From assembly GCF_001194135.2 (NCBI RefSeq), contig NC_068997.1, forward strand, positions 47,960,804 to 47,994,689: DNA of 33,886 nt. The letters run 5' to 3'. Below, in pieces: positions 10,547 through 20,553 of this stretch. Made by a program: the position numbers and the translations under genes. Each line of letters begins with the position of its first letter. Position 1 is the first letter of the stretch. The notes beneath the pieces are model-generated. The model was not told where the DNA came from and ran no database searches. It saw nothing but the letters and a program-made list of their open reading frames with translations. The DNA comes from Octopus bimaculoides (taxonomy: Eukaryota).

Positions 10547-11265
10547 CGAGCTGCGTTCCAGAAGTTTCGAGATGTTTTCAGGCGAGGTAGATAATTGTAA
10601 GTTTAGTATATCATTACTACACATGCAATAAGCTGACCTGTCAAATTTTGTTATTCCAGATGGAAGGAGACAGCTGTAGCAGCACTTTAAACACACACAC
10701 TACTAAACACTGCTAATCACAGCTGACTAGTTTGCAGTATGCGGTCGAGATTGGAAGACAATTTGGATGCGCATTATGCAACAAGATTTTGCATTAAATT
10801 GGGCAAAAACGTTACAGTAGCTTATGAAATGCTGCAGGCTGCTTATGGATTAGCTTCTATTTAACTTACAGATGAACTGATTTTCGCTGGTACAAGATTC
10901 TAAAGAAACCAAGTCCATTGGAAAGCTCATGATGGTACCATTTTGCAACAGCGAGGGCATTCTCAATATCTGTTGGGTTCTCTCTGGTCAGACGGTCAAC
11001 AAAGAGTACTTCGTGAAGGTTATGAGGGAGTTCAGGAAGAAAGTTTGAGAGCAAAGTGTAGAACACCTGTATTAAGACAATCAACAAGTCCACAGTTCCA
11101 TCCTGGTAGGAAACCTCTAGGCAGAGATAGGCATCAAAAGTATCCCCGTACCCTCCTAACGGTCCAGACCTTGTTCCCTGTGGCTGTTCGTTCTTTCGCA
11201 AGCTGAAAGAGAAGATGGTCTGGGACATCTTCATCTTGGATGACTTCCACGGAAAACAATACAAT
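10547..11265 (+). mobile_element. Mariner (Tc1/mariner) element remnant, internally deleted, with pseudogenised transposase
   Basis: TA followed by TIR-like cgagctgcgttccagaagtt at 10545. 10739-10864 translates MRSRLEDNLDAHYATRFCIKLGKNVTVAYEMLQAAYG (mariner N-terminus). From 10920: GKLMMVPFCNSEGILNICWVLSGQTVNKEYFVKVMREFRKKV. This is followed by DNQQVHSSILV (DNAPVH-like) and, after a frameshift, YPPNGPDLVPCG..FFRKLKEK (YSPDLAPCD-like). Stops and frameshifts are present. Confidence 0.9.
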
Positions 11266-11592
11266 TAACATAAAGATCGACCCTTCATCAGTTGTCAGCT
11301 GTTTTATCTACTCATCATTTCGAGCAGTTACGACCAACATTTATATACACGCTGAGCACTCTGTTATAGATATACGTATATATACATGAGAGAGAAAGAA
11401 AGAGTGGTAGAAGCATAGAGAGAGAGAGATGGTGGTGAGGCATACAGAGACAGAGACAGAGACAACTAATAAACAATGCACATGAAAAAACATCCTTATG
11501 TATGATCGCACATTATCCAGCCACCGACACAACCACCACTACCACCACTAACACCATCTCAAACACATGTAAACACGTTTTCCAACCCTCCT

Positions 11593-11800
11593 AGTGGCAC
11601 GATTTGCTAGAAAAAACAACCAAATCGACGTCACAAATAGTGTTTTCGCTCTGCAAAAAGGGAAGAATTCTAAGGATAATGTAGTCCTATATACGTAACA
11701 AAAAAAGACTGGACGGGCGCGGGTAGAATATCTGACATTGCAGGTCAAATAAATCAAGTTTCTCTACACAACAACATCGGCTACAACAACAATATTAACA
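11593..11800 (+). repeat. Diverged dispersed repeat (tail type 'C') ending in (CAA)n
   Basis: Shares gctagaaa..., ggataatgtagtcct and aagac.gg motifs with 13571-13745 and 27536-27730. Confidence 0.55.
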
Positions 11801-11824
11801 ACAACAACCACAACAAAATATTCG

Positions 11825-11999
11825 CAACAATATTCAATGCTTATACACCATATTGTATATGTGCGAAACAAAACGTCCGCCAAAGTCTCTGGCAGCCATA
11901 GTGAAGTTAAACCAGATAAACAGTTGGCCCTAATTTGAAGCAACATGGTGTGTGCAAGACTCACTGTTGCGTAATCACGAAGTCGATCGTTTTGATAAA
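11825..11999. repeat. Copy 1 of a 175-bp duplicated block
   Basis: 11 substitutions and 1 indel relative to 13754-13927 (hand alignment). Confidence 0.97.
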
Positions 12000-12223
12000 C
12001 GCTAGATGTATACCCCAGTGTTTCTTATTTTAAGCTATATATATATACACACACATATGTATGTATAGTTTTGTATATACATATATATAATATATATATA
12101 CATATATATATATATATGTGTGTGTATGTATGTATATGTATATTATGTATGTATCTATGTATATATATGTTTATAAGTTTGTATACAAGTACATATATAT
12201 ATTTATACACATAATATATTTTA

Positions 12224-12266
<43 letters not shown>

Positions 12267-13570
12267 NNNNNNNNNNNNNNNNNNNNNNNNNNNNNNNNNN
12301 NNNNNNNNNNNNNNNNNNNNNNNNNNNNNNNNNNNNNNNNNNNNNNNNNNNNNNNNNNNNNNNNNNNNNNNNNNNNNNNNNNNNNNNNNNNNNNNNNNNN
12401 NNNNNNNNNNNNNNNNNNNNNNNNNNNNNNNNNNNNNNNNNNNNNNNNNNNNNNNNNNNNNNNNNNNNNNNNNNNNNNNNNNNNNNNNNNNNNNNNNNNN
12501 NNNNNNNNNNNNNNNNNNNNNNNNNNNNNNNNNNNNNNNNNNNNNNNNNNNNNNNNNNNNNNNNNNNNNNNNNNNNNNNNNNNNNNNNNNNNNNNNNNNN
12601 NNNNNNNNNNNNNNNNNNNNNNNNNNNNNNNNNNNNNNNNNNNNNNNNNNNNNNNNNNNNNNNNNNNNNNNNNNNNNNNNNNNNNNNNNNNNNNNNNNNN
12701 NNNNNNNNNNNNNNNNNNNNNNNNNNNNNNNNNNNNNNNNNNNNNNNNNNNNNNNNNNNNNNNNNNNNNNNNNNNNNNNNNNNNNNNNNNNNNNNNNNNN
12801 NNNNNNNNNNNNNNNNNNNNNNNNNNNNNNNNNNNNNNNNNNNNNNNNNNNNNNNNNNNNNNNNNNNNNNNNNNNNNNNNNNNNNNNNNNNNNNNNNNNN
12901 NNNNNNNNNNNNNNNNNNNNNNNNNNNNNNNNNNNNNNNNNNNNNNNNNNNNNNNNNNNNNNNNNNNNNNNNNNNNNNNNNNNNNNNNNNNNNNNNNNNN
13001 NNNNNNNNNNNNNNNNNNNNNNNNNNNNNNNNNNNNNNNNNNNNNNNNNNNNNNNNNNNNNNNNNNNNNNNNNNNNNNNNNNNNNNNNNNNNNNNNNNNN
13101 NNNNNNNNNNNNNNNNNNNNNNNNNNNNNNNNNNNNNNNNNNNNNNNNNNNNNNNNNNNNNNNNNNNNNNNNNNNNNNNNNNNNNNNNNNNNNNNNNNNN
13201 NNNNNNNNNNNNNNNNNNNNNNNNNNNTATATATATATATATATATATATATGAATGTATGTATGTATGTATATATATATATATGTTTGTGCGCGTGTGT
13301 GTTTGATGGGTGTATGTGTTTGTGTTTGTGCATGTGCATTTATGTGTACAACTTCAGACGTTGGGAGAGATGGAGAGATAATGCGCCATATTTATGCGCA
13401 CCGTACATGCAAAAATTAGTCATATCCATGATCCCACGTGACCCCGTTGCACTACCACTGCCACGATCAGCACTATCACCATCATCTTTTCCACCAACAT
13501 CACCACCATCATCAACATCATTATCAACACCACTTTCACTGCCACTACACACAGGGACATGTTTCCTAAG

Positions 13571-13745
13571 TGGTCGCTTCACTCAGAAGAAATACCAGCG
13601 AAATATCACTCGCATACAGGAAACAGCACAGATCATATTGGATAATGTAGTCCTCTTTCGTTTGTAAGACGGGTTGGTCATGTGTAGAATGTGGTCTATT
13701 CAATAAATTTGATTTTAAGTTGAAAAACATTATCAACAATAACAA
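13571..13745 (+). repeat. Diverged dispersed repeat (tail type 'C')
   Basis: gtggtcgcttcactcagaagaaata..., ggataatgtagtcct, aagacgggttggtca. Confidence 0.55.
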
Positions 13746-13753
13746 CATTTTCA

Positions 13754-13927
13754 CAACAATATTCAATGCTTATACACCATATTCTATATAAGTGAAACAA
13801 CATGTCTGCCAAAGTCTCTGGCAGCCATAGTGAAGTTAAACCAGATAAACAGTTAGCCCTAATTTGAAGCAACATGGTGTGTGTAAGACTCACTGCTGCG
13901 TAATCACAATTCGATCGTTTTGATAAA
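13754..13927. repeat. Copy 2 of the 175-bp duplicated block
   Basis: See 11825-11999. Confidence 0.97.
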
Positions 13928-13934
13928 GGGTATT

Positions 13935-13983
<49 letters not shown>

Positions 13984-14079
13984 CCACACACAAAAATGTG
14001 TATATACATGTGTGTGAGTGCATATTTAAACACACACTCATACACACATGTACGTATATATACTCTTTTTGTATACAAC

Positions 14080-14936
14080 TGCCTACCAAAGATAGAAGTT
14101 CTCACCAAACTGGAACAACACATTAGTTTATTCCTTTTGGGTGACTTTAACCTCACCAACGTGGAATGGCCTGAGGGACCAGATGCTCCCAGGAATGACA
14201 CACCACCAGCAAGCACAGTCGGAGTCCTTGCTTTACATTACAAATGTTTCTCTCATGGAGCAAATTGAGCTGCAACCAGGGTAACTTGTGTTGCAAACAA
14301 CCAGGCAAATGATATACTGGATCTCTGCTTCACAAGAAATGATAACATTATCCATAATGTTAAAGTGATACCGACGCTGGTCTCGGATCACAACATAATA
14401 GAGCTGTCTATGTATGGACGAAAAGCCCCTGCGAGTTTACAGCCTATAAGAAGCACCCGAAATCTCTCCGAACTGAATTTTCATAAAGCAAACTGGAAGT
14501 TGTTTGAGAAAGAGATCCTCAAACAGTATTGGCCTAAATGTCTCTCCACACTAGACATTGACATGAAATACAAACATTTCATGTCCATAATGCAAGACGT
14601 ATGTGACAAATCTATTTCAGAGCGTAGGACCAACATATACAAGAACAGGATCCTTAGGGAAAGGAAGATTCTTATGAGGACGACGGACAGGGATTGCGAA
14701 CCGCCTGAACAAGCACCTCAAAGTGTGAGAAGTCTCGCCTGAAGAGAGCGCTGTTGGAGATTGAGAAAAATCTGCATCAATTTCACGAAAAGGAGAGAGC
14801 AGGTAAGGAAGCTTGGGTTATAGAAAATATAAAGTCGAATCCTGAAGATTTATTTAAGTTTTCCAAAGAAACAGCCTCAGTACGCCACAAAATAGGACCC
14901 TTCTTCCAAAAAGATGGATCCCTCATAGGAAACTAA
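14080..14936 (+). mobile_element. CR1/L2/Jockey-group LINE ORF2 remnant: APE endonuclease C-terminal half and linker, disrupted
   Basis: LLGDFNLTNVEWP (GDFN at 14140-14151), ILDLCFT, VSDHNIIE (SDH at 14383-14391), LNFHKANW and IENIKSNPEDLFKF...KIGP. These are typical APE and post-APE motifs. Stops and frameshifts are present, and there is no RT domain. Confidence 0.88.
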
Positions 14937-15931
14937 CACATATTTTCGAGACTGGGTAATACTTTCAATTGTTAAGAAAGTCGATTATTCTGGAAATGAA
15001 AACTGATAAATTGAATCAACCTCAAAATGGAAAAGGTTTATCAGAAACTACGAAACAGTCTTACGTAAACGAAGCTACTGGTAGAGCAATGAAATGATAC
15101 ATAGAAGCATAGGAGCTTCAATAAGTTTAAAACCAAAATCATACACAATCCCAATCCTATATAACAGTTGTTGCTCTCTGTCCACATCTCTACTCGGGTT
15201 TTGGTGCTCCTCAGTCAGTTGGTGACCCGTTAACACTGCATAAATTTCTATTACATTATATAATTTGTAACTTCCATGTTTGGTACATTTGTAGACAATT
15301 CAGTTGCGATGTATAGATATCAAACATAGTTTTCATTCCTTCGCTGAGTGTAATCTCGGTCTACGGACCATTGGGCTATGCTACCACAATATGTCACTCT
15401 GCTCAACGAAAACTTTAACAAATATATAATGTATTTTTTCTTATAGCGTCTGTTTTGTATTCCATTACTTCTGTTACATCATACATCGCATGTTATGTTA
15501 TTTATTTATTGTTTATTTATTTCTCTGCATTGGACTGTTTCAAATGTAAAAAATATAATAACTACACAACACACGTTGCTGTCGTGGGACGTTAATTTAC
15601 TTACTGAAAGGTGACTTTTCATTCTGCCGATAAGCGGAGTCACATTTTATAACCACTTACATAGACCTACGTGTTGCAAATTTTTTTGGGTTTCTATATT
15701 TGCCACTTTCAGATCAGCCAGAAGCAAATCAATTTGATAAATGTTTTCCCCAACGTAACATATGCAAACTAGCTTGTTAACAAATAACTGTTTGAATTTG
15801 CAGTGAGTGTGTGTTTTTATGAATAAACATCATTAAAAACGTTTCTTTGTATTTGGAATGTTGTGCGAAACGCTTCCTGTGTTCCATACTATTTTCTCTA
15901 CAAAAACATTACCACTTATAGATGGCAGTAT

Positions 15932-16240
15932 GTAAAGGCGTGTGGCTTAGTGGTTAAGGTGCTCGGCTCACGATCTTGCGATCGTGAGTTCGATCCCTGG
16001 TGGTGAGTTGTGTTCTTGCGCAAGACACTTTATTTCACGTTGTTCCAGTCCACTCAACTGGCAAAAATGAGTTGTACCTGTATTTCAAAGGGCCAGCCTG
16101 ATTATACTTTGTGTCACGCAGAATATCTCTGAGTACTGCGTTTGTGCAGTGCTCAGCCATTTGCATGTTAATTTCACGAGCGGGCTGTTCCATTGATCGG
16201 ATCATTTGGAACACTCGTCGTCGTAACCGACGGAATACCA
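15932..16240 (+). mobile_element. Full-length tRNA-derived SINE (head A + core + tail Y)
   Basis: A box tggcttagtgg, B box gagttcgatccc, core tgtgttcttgcgcaagacacttt, tail ending ctcgtcgtcgtaaccgacggaatacca. Confidence 0.9.
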
Positions 16241-17927
16241 CTGTAGATTCTAGAATATGACATTGATTATCGTGGAGTCTAAGGTTTGGTTTAAATTCAT
16301 CGATTAGTTCGCTAATTTATTTTATTTTTTATGCAGATTTTTTTTAACATATTTTAGCATCACGCACAAGCGAACACAAAGGCTATGTTGGAGCATAGCC
16401 GCAGTCTAATGATTGAAACCAGTAAAAGACAAATATTCAGATTGCAAAAATACAGAATAGCAGCAAGACAGCGGAAGAAAAAGAGAACGAGGAGAGCGAA
16501 TGAATGGTAAGAGGAAAAGTTTTAAAATCACGAAATGCAAATAAAGAAAAAAATAATTTCATCCTAATTTCTTTTTTCAAATTTAGGGTTTATATCCATG
16601 GTTTATATTTGGTTTCGTAATTTCGTTACGCTCCAACGATCTTTGGGAATTTTCACGCTTTGTCATGTTGTAATCCGATTTGGAAAACGAAAAAGAAAGG
16701 GGCGGTAGGAAAGCAGGGAAAAACACGCCTAACATCATATACGTAACTTTTTATGGATCTTTTTCCTTTCGTTTTTCAGTTTTGCTCTAAACCTTCTCGT
16801 ATGTCAACAAATATAAATATTTTAGTATGTTTATTTAACGATTGGATTGTTACAGTGAGACATCGTTTCCGCTGAAGAACATCAAAAATAAAAAAAATGG
16901 TTAATCGTATCCGGAGATTTCAAGTGAAAAACAAAGCAACGATGTTTGATCGTCAACTAAAATTACAGTTCTTTTATTGCATATTTGAATATAGGTAAGT
17001 CAGTGTTAATATATTTAAATGCATTAAAAAGCTTACTAGAAATAAATATACGGTAAGAAAAACAGAGAGCAAGTGCAGGAACAATACTGGTTAATGTAAA
17101 ATAATAATTCTGTATGTATATATATATTTAATGCGTTAATAAGATAACTAGAAATAAATATACGCTAAGGAAAACAAACAAACGGTATTGATTAATGCCT
17201 AATATCAATTTTTATTGTTCTGGCAAGTACAGTGGAAAACTCTAGACATGTTTCGGTCTTATTCTCATCTTATCAGCGATGCACAAACCTCGCCGTATTT
17301 ATGGATATAGTACTGACAAAAATTACCAAATTTAATTTCGAGTGATAAATTTAATTTGGAGTAGTAGATATAATTTTGGGCGGTAGATTTAATCCGTAAT
17401 AGGGCATAATTCCATCGTAGGGTCATTGGGTGCCCTTAGCGAAATTCACTCCGTTATAAGCATTTGGATTAGATCTCCGATTTATAAAAAAAAAACCTTT
17501 CCTTTTCCTCTCTTTGAAGCGTTGATATAATATAAATGGTCACAGATGCTGCCCATCCTTCCCTTACGAAACGCCCGAAAAAGGAAAATGGAAAACAAAT
17601 AAACAAGATTGTATATTTGTTGACAGAGAAAGACAGAATTGCTTTTGAAATTAAATAATTCAAGAACACGTTCTGCTTCGATTGAAAATCGATAGCTTTT
17701 ATGTGGATGACCTCTTCGAATAATTTACTATCTCTGTATATTTTTGATCTTTAAAGCGGTAATCATTAAAATATTACTTCACGTACAAAACCAAGTAGAG
17801 CTGGAGTGTTTGAAAGATTCGGAAGAACTCCTATACCCCTACAAATCTATGCATATGTAATTATTAACTAACGTTTAATTTTGTGCCTTTTTTGCAGATT
17901 TGATGACTAATAATCAGGTCATTTAAA

Positions 17928-18137
17928 GGCAGGCGAGCTGCCAGAATCGTTAGCACGTCGAGCAGAGTGCTTGGTGGTATTTCGTCCGTCTTTATAATCT
18001 CAGTTGAAATTCCGCCGAGACTCGCTTTGCTTTTCATCCTTTCGGGGTTCGTTAAAATAAGTTGATCACTGAAGCCGATATAAACGGCTTAATCCCTCCC
18101 CCGAAATTGCTGGCACTGTGCCAAAATTTGAAACCAA
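17928..18137 (+). mobile_element. SINE family B
   Basis: ggcaggcgagctgccagaatcgttagc head. The segment gaaattccgccgag...ttcatcctttcgggg is shared with 31931-32076. Confidence 0.8.
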
Positions 18138-18264
18138 TGATGGGCTTATTCTCAAAATTAAGAACCACAACGGTCGAAATCGTGACTATTTCCGTGTACT
18201 TCTACCCATTTATGCTTCATATAGTTTGGCTTTTTATTATTATTTTTTATTGTTATTCAAGCTG

Positions 18265-18279
18265 TTATTATTATTATTA

Positions 18280-18356
<77 letters not shown>

Positions 18357-18357
18357 T
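18265..18357. repeat. (ATT)n microsatellite; a second array lies at 18795-18873
   Basis: Direct reading. Confidence 0.98.
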
Positions 18358-18570
18358 TATGTTTGACTTTTGTTTTGCATTTGTACAAGTTGGATCCAAG
18401 TCTCACCCAGAGACCTCAAGAGACAACAAGTTAGAAGTTCATGTAGGTGTTATGCCTAGGGTACCATATATTTGGATTTGTACAGTTTTGTTCAAGTGAA
18501 TGTTTAAGAAACCATAAGAAAATTATGTGTTTGCTTTAAAATTTGAGATCACATAGACAGTATTTTACGT
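18358..18570 (-). mobile_element. Probable 3' end of an R4/Dong-like (RLE-type) non-LTR retrotransposon
   Basis: On the minus strand next to the gap it reads R-K-I-L-S-M-stop (18569-18549). This resembles the ...GTAHILRKVLS* C-terminus of R4-clade ORFs. About 190 nt of UTR and an (AAT)n run follow. Only 6 codons are visible. Confidence 0.45.
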
Positions 18571-18793
18571 NNNNNNNNNNNNNNNNNNNNNNNNNNNNNN
18601 NNNNNNNNNNNNNNNNNNNNNNNNNNNNNNNNNNNNNNNNNNNNNNNNNNNNNNNNNNNNNNNNNNNNNNNNNNNNNNNNNNNNNNNNNNNNNNNNNNNN
18701 NNNNNNNNNNNNNNNNNNNNNNNNNNNNNNNNNNNNNNNNNNNNNNNNNNNNNNNNNNNNNNNNNNNNNNNNNNNNNNNNNNNNTGACAATAG

Positions 18794-18872
<79 letters not shown>

Positions 18873-18877
<5 letters not shown>

Positions 18878-18952
18878 TCACTGCTTGGAATCGAACTCGG
18901 AATCTTGGGGTTAGTAGCCCGCGCTCTTAATCACTACACCACATACCGTGGG
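18873..18952 (-). mobile_element. Short tRNA-derived head followed by (AAT)n; SINE-like, not a tRNA gene
   Basis: Minus strand: A box tggtgtagtgat, anticodon-arm-like ggg-ctactaa-ccc, B box gagttcgattcc. The T-stem and acceptor stem do not pair. Confidence 0.7.
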
Positions 18953-18993
18953 CTGATGAAGGCTGGAGGGTATATCAGCCGAAACGTTGTGTT
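18953..18993 (+). ncRNA. Minimal hammerhead-ribozyme-like core, probably from a Penelope-like element terminus (remnant 18953-19089)
   Basis: CTGATGA (18953-59), A, stem II GGCTG/CAGCC (18961-65/18976-80), GAAAC (18981-85), with palindromic AACGTT as stem III. The stem I 5' strand is not found. Confidence 0.6.
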
Positions 18994-19089
18994 AACAACA
19001 AACAAGATGATGACAAATATCCGTCAAATGTAAATAACGTAAATAATGTAAATAATGTACGTAATGCCTCATCTCCTAAATATAGAACT

Positions 19090-19202
19090 GTGAACTGAAT
19101 TGTTTTGCTCAAGAACACAATGCATCGCCTGGTCCAGGGATCAAACCCACACTCTAACGATCGCGAGTCCAACTCCCTAACCACTAACCCACATGCCTCC
19201 AC
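19090..19202 (-). mobile_element. 3'-truncated tRNA-derived SINE (head A + start of core)
   Basis: Minus strand gtggaggcatgtgggttagtggttaggg...gtttgatccctgg...tgtgttcttgagcaaaac. Confidence 0.8.
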
Positions 19203-19229
19203 GATGTAATAAAAGGCGTCCACAAAAGA

Positions 19230-19453
19230 TAGGGTGTTCGGGAAGTCTCTGTGCATTTTTCCAATCGTATCTTGTATTTTTGTATTTCTGATTTCGACCC
19301 TAATGTTGTTTTAACAACTGAAGAACGTGTATTTCTTTGTCGAACACGTATTTCAAGATGGTTTGTAGATTCACAGATTTGGTACGACGACGTTTTGCTG
19401 ATAAATTGCCTGATACACCTGTTCCACGTTGCAGTGCAGTTCGTAACCTCTTC
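19230..19453 (+). mobile_element. 5' fragment of a Tc1/mariner-superfamily element with DUF4817-type HTH (DD41D/rosa-like), frameshifted
   Basis: TIR-like tagggtgttcgggaagtctctgtgca (19230-19255). Joined across frameshifts it reads TTEERVFL-VEHVFQDG..-DLVRRRFADKLPDTPVPRCSAVRNLF, similar to the ..EERVFLVEHVF...V.Q.F...FP.T.VP.R.AV..L N-terminus of this family as I recall it. Confidence 0.7.
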
Positions 19454-19793
19454 TGTCAAGATTAGCAAGCGACAAATAAAAGCAGTAATTTCAAAGAAGT
19501 TTATGGGAAAATAGTTTCCTTAATTCGATCAGAATATCCATCACCACCACTACCACCACTATACATATACATCAAGACATGCAACATAAGCTTAAGAAAT
19601 AATAAGACAACGAATGAATACAAATAGCAAATCTGATTTAAATAAAAAACCTTTTACTTCTATGGGAAACAATTTGAAAAAGTGCAGATTCAAGCTATAT
19701 ATGCCCGACTTCACATTAATAGGTTTTTTGATTTTTAAGATTGCATGCTCTACTGTTTTAAGTTCCGGGAATCATCCTTGATATGCGCCTGGG

Positions 19794-19796
<3 letters not shown>

Positions 19797-19858
<62 letters not shown>
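19797..19858. repeat. (TA)n microsatellite
   Basis: Direct reading. Confidence 0.98.
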
Positions 19859-19862
<4 letters not shown>

Positions 19863-20515
19863 CATACACGCACATCTATCTATCGGGTATGTTTATAAAT
19901 ATTATATATATATATACATGCACATACATATTATGTACATATTTTTTTACATATTACATAATATATATACATATGTGTGTCTGTGAGAGTATGTATGTAT
20001 GTAAGCGTGCGTGTATGTTTGTACTTCAATGTAGATAGGAAATTCCTGTTCGTTTCAAAAATGTTATATTGAATATTGAAGACACGACTATGTTCGAATC
20101 TAATCTTTTTCTCCTGTCAACGATTTACCTCGTATAATTTTTTTATGAGTAGTTTGTAGCTATGACATTAGAAAAACTATTAACATTTCACACTTTTTTG
20201 TGGCTACATCCTTTGCTTCGTCACCACTAACTAACAGTTAGAATATATTACAAATACACAATATATATATAGCTCGAGGATTAAAACCTGTATTATAACC
20301 GGTGAAACTGGGCTTATTTAACGAAATAATCCTTGAAAAATCATCTGACGAGACACTTCTGCACCAAGAAATGCACCACAACTAGTCGTGCAGTAACCCA
20401 CCCGCGAGGGATCGACGCAAGATGGGTCGAAACGATCGTTGTAAGCAATAAAGTTTCTTGTAAATTGCGTTTTTCAGTCTCAATCATATGTGGTATATAT
20501 ATATATATATATATA

Positions 20516-20553
<38 letters not shown>

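Noticed and set aside
7867-13339. Long ORFs spanning N-runs (also at 1113, 5777, 20333 and 25150)
   Set aside because: Artefacts of translating gaps and TA/CA repeats.
18873-18952. tRNA-Ser-like gene on the minus strand
   Set aside because: The T-stem and acceptor stem do not pair and the variable arm is short. It runs straight into (AAT)n, so it is a SINE head. The same applies to the other tRNA-like heads.
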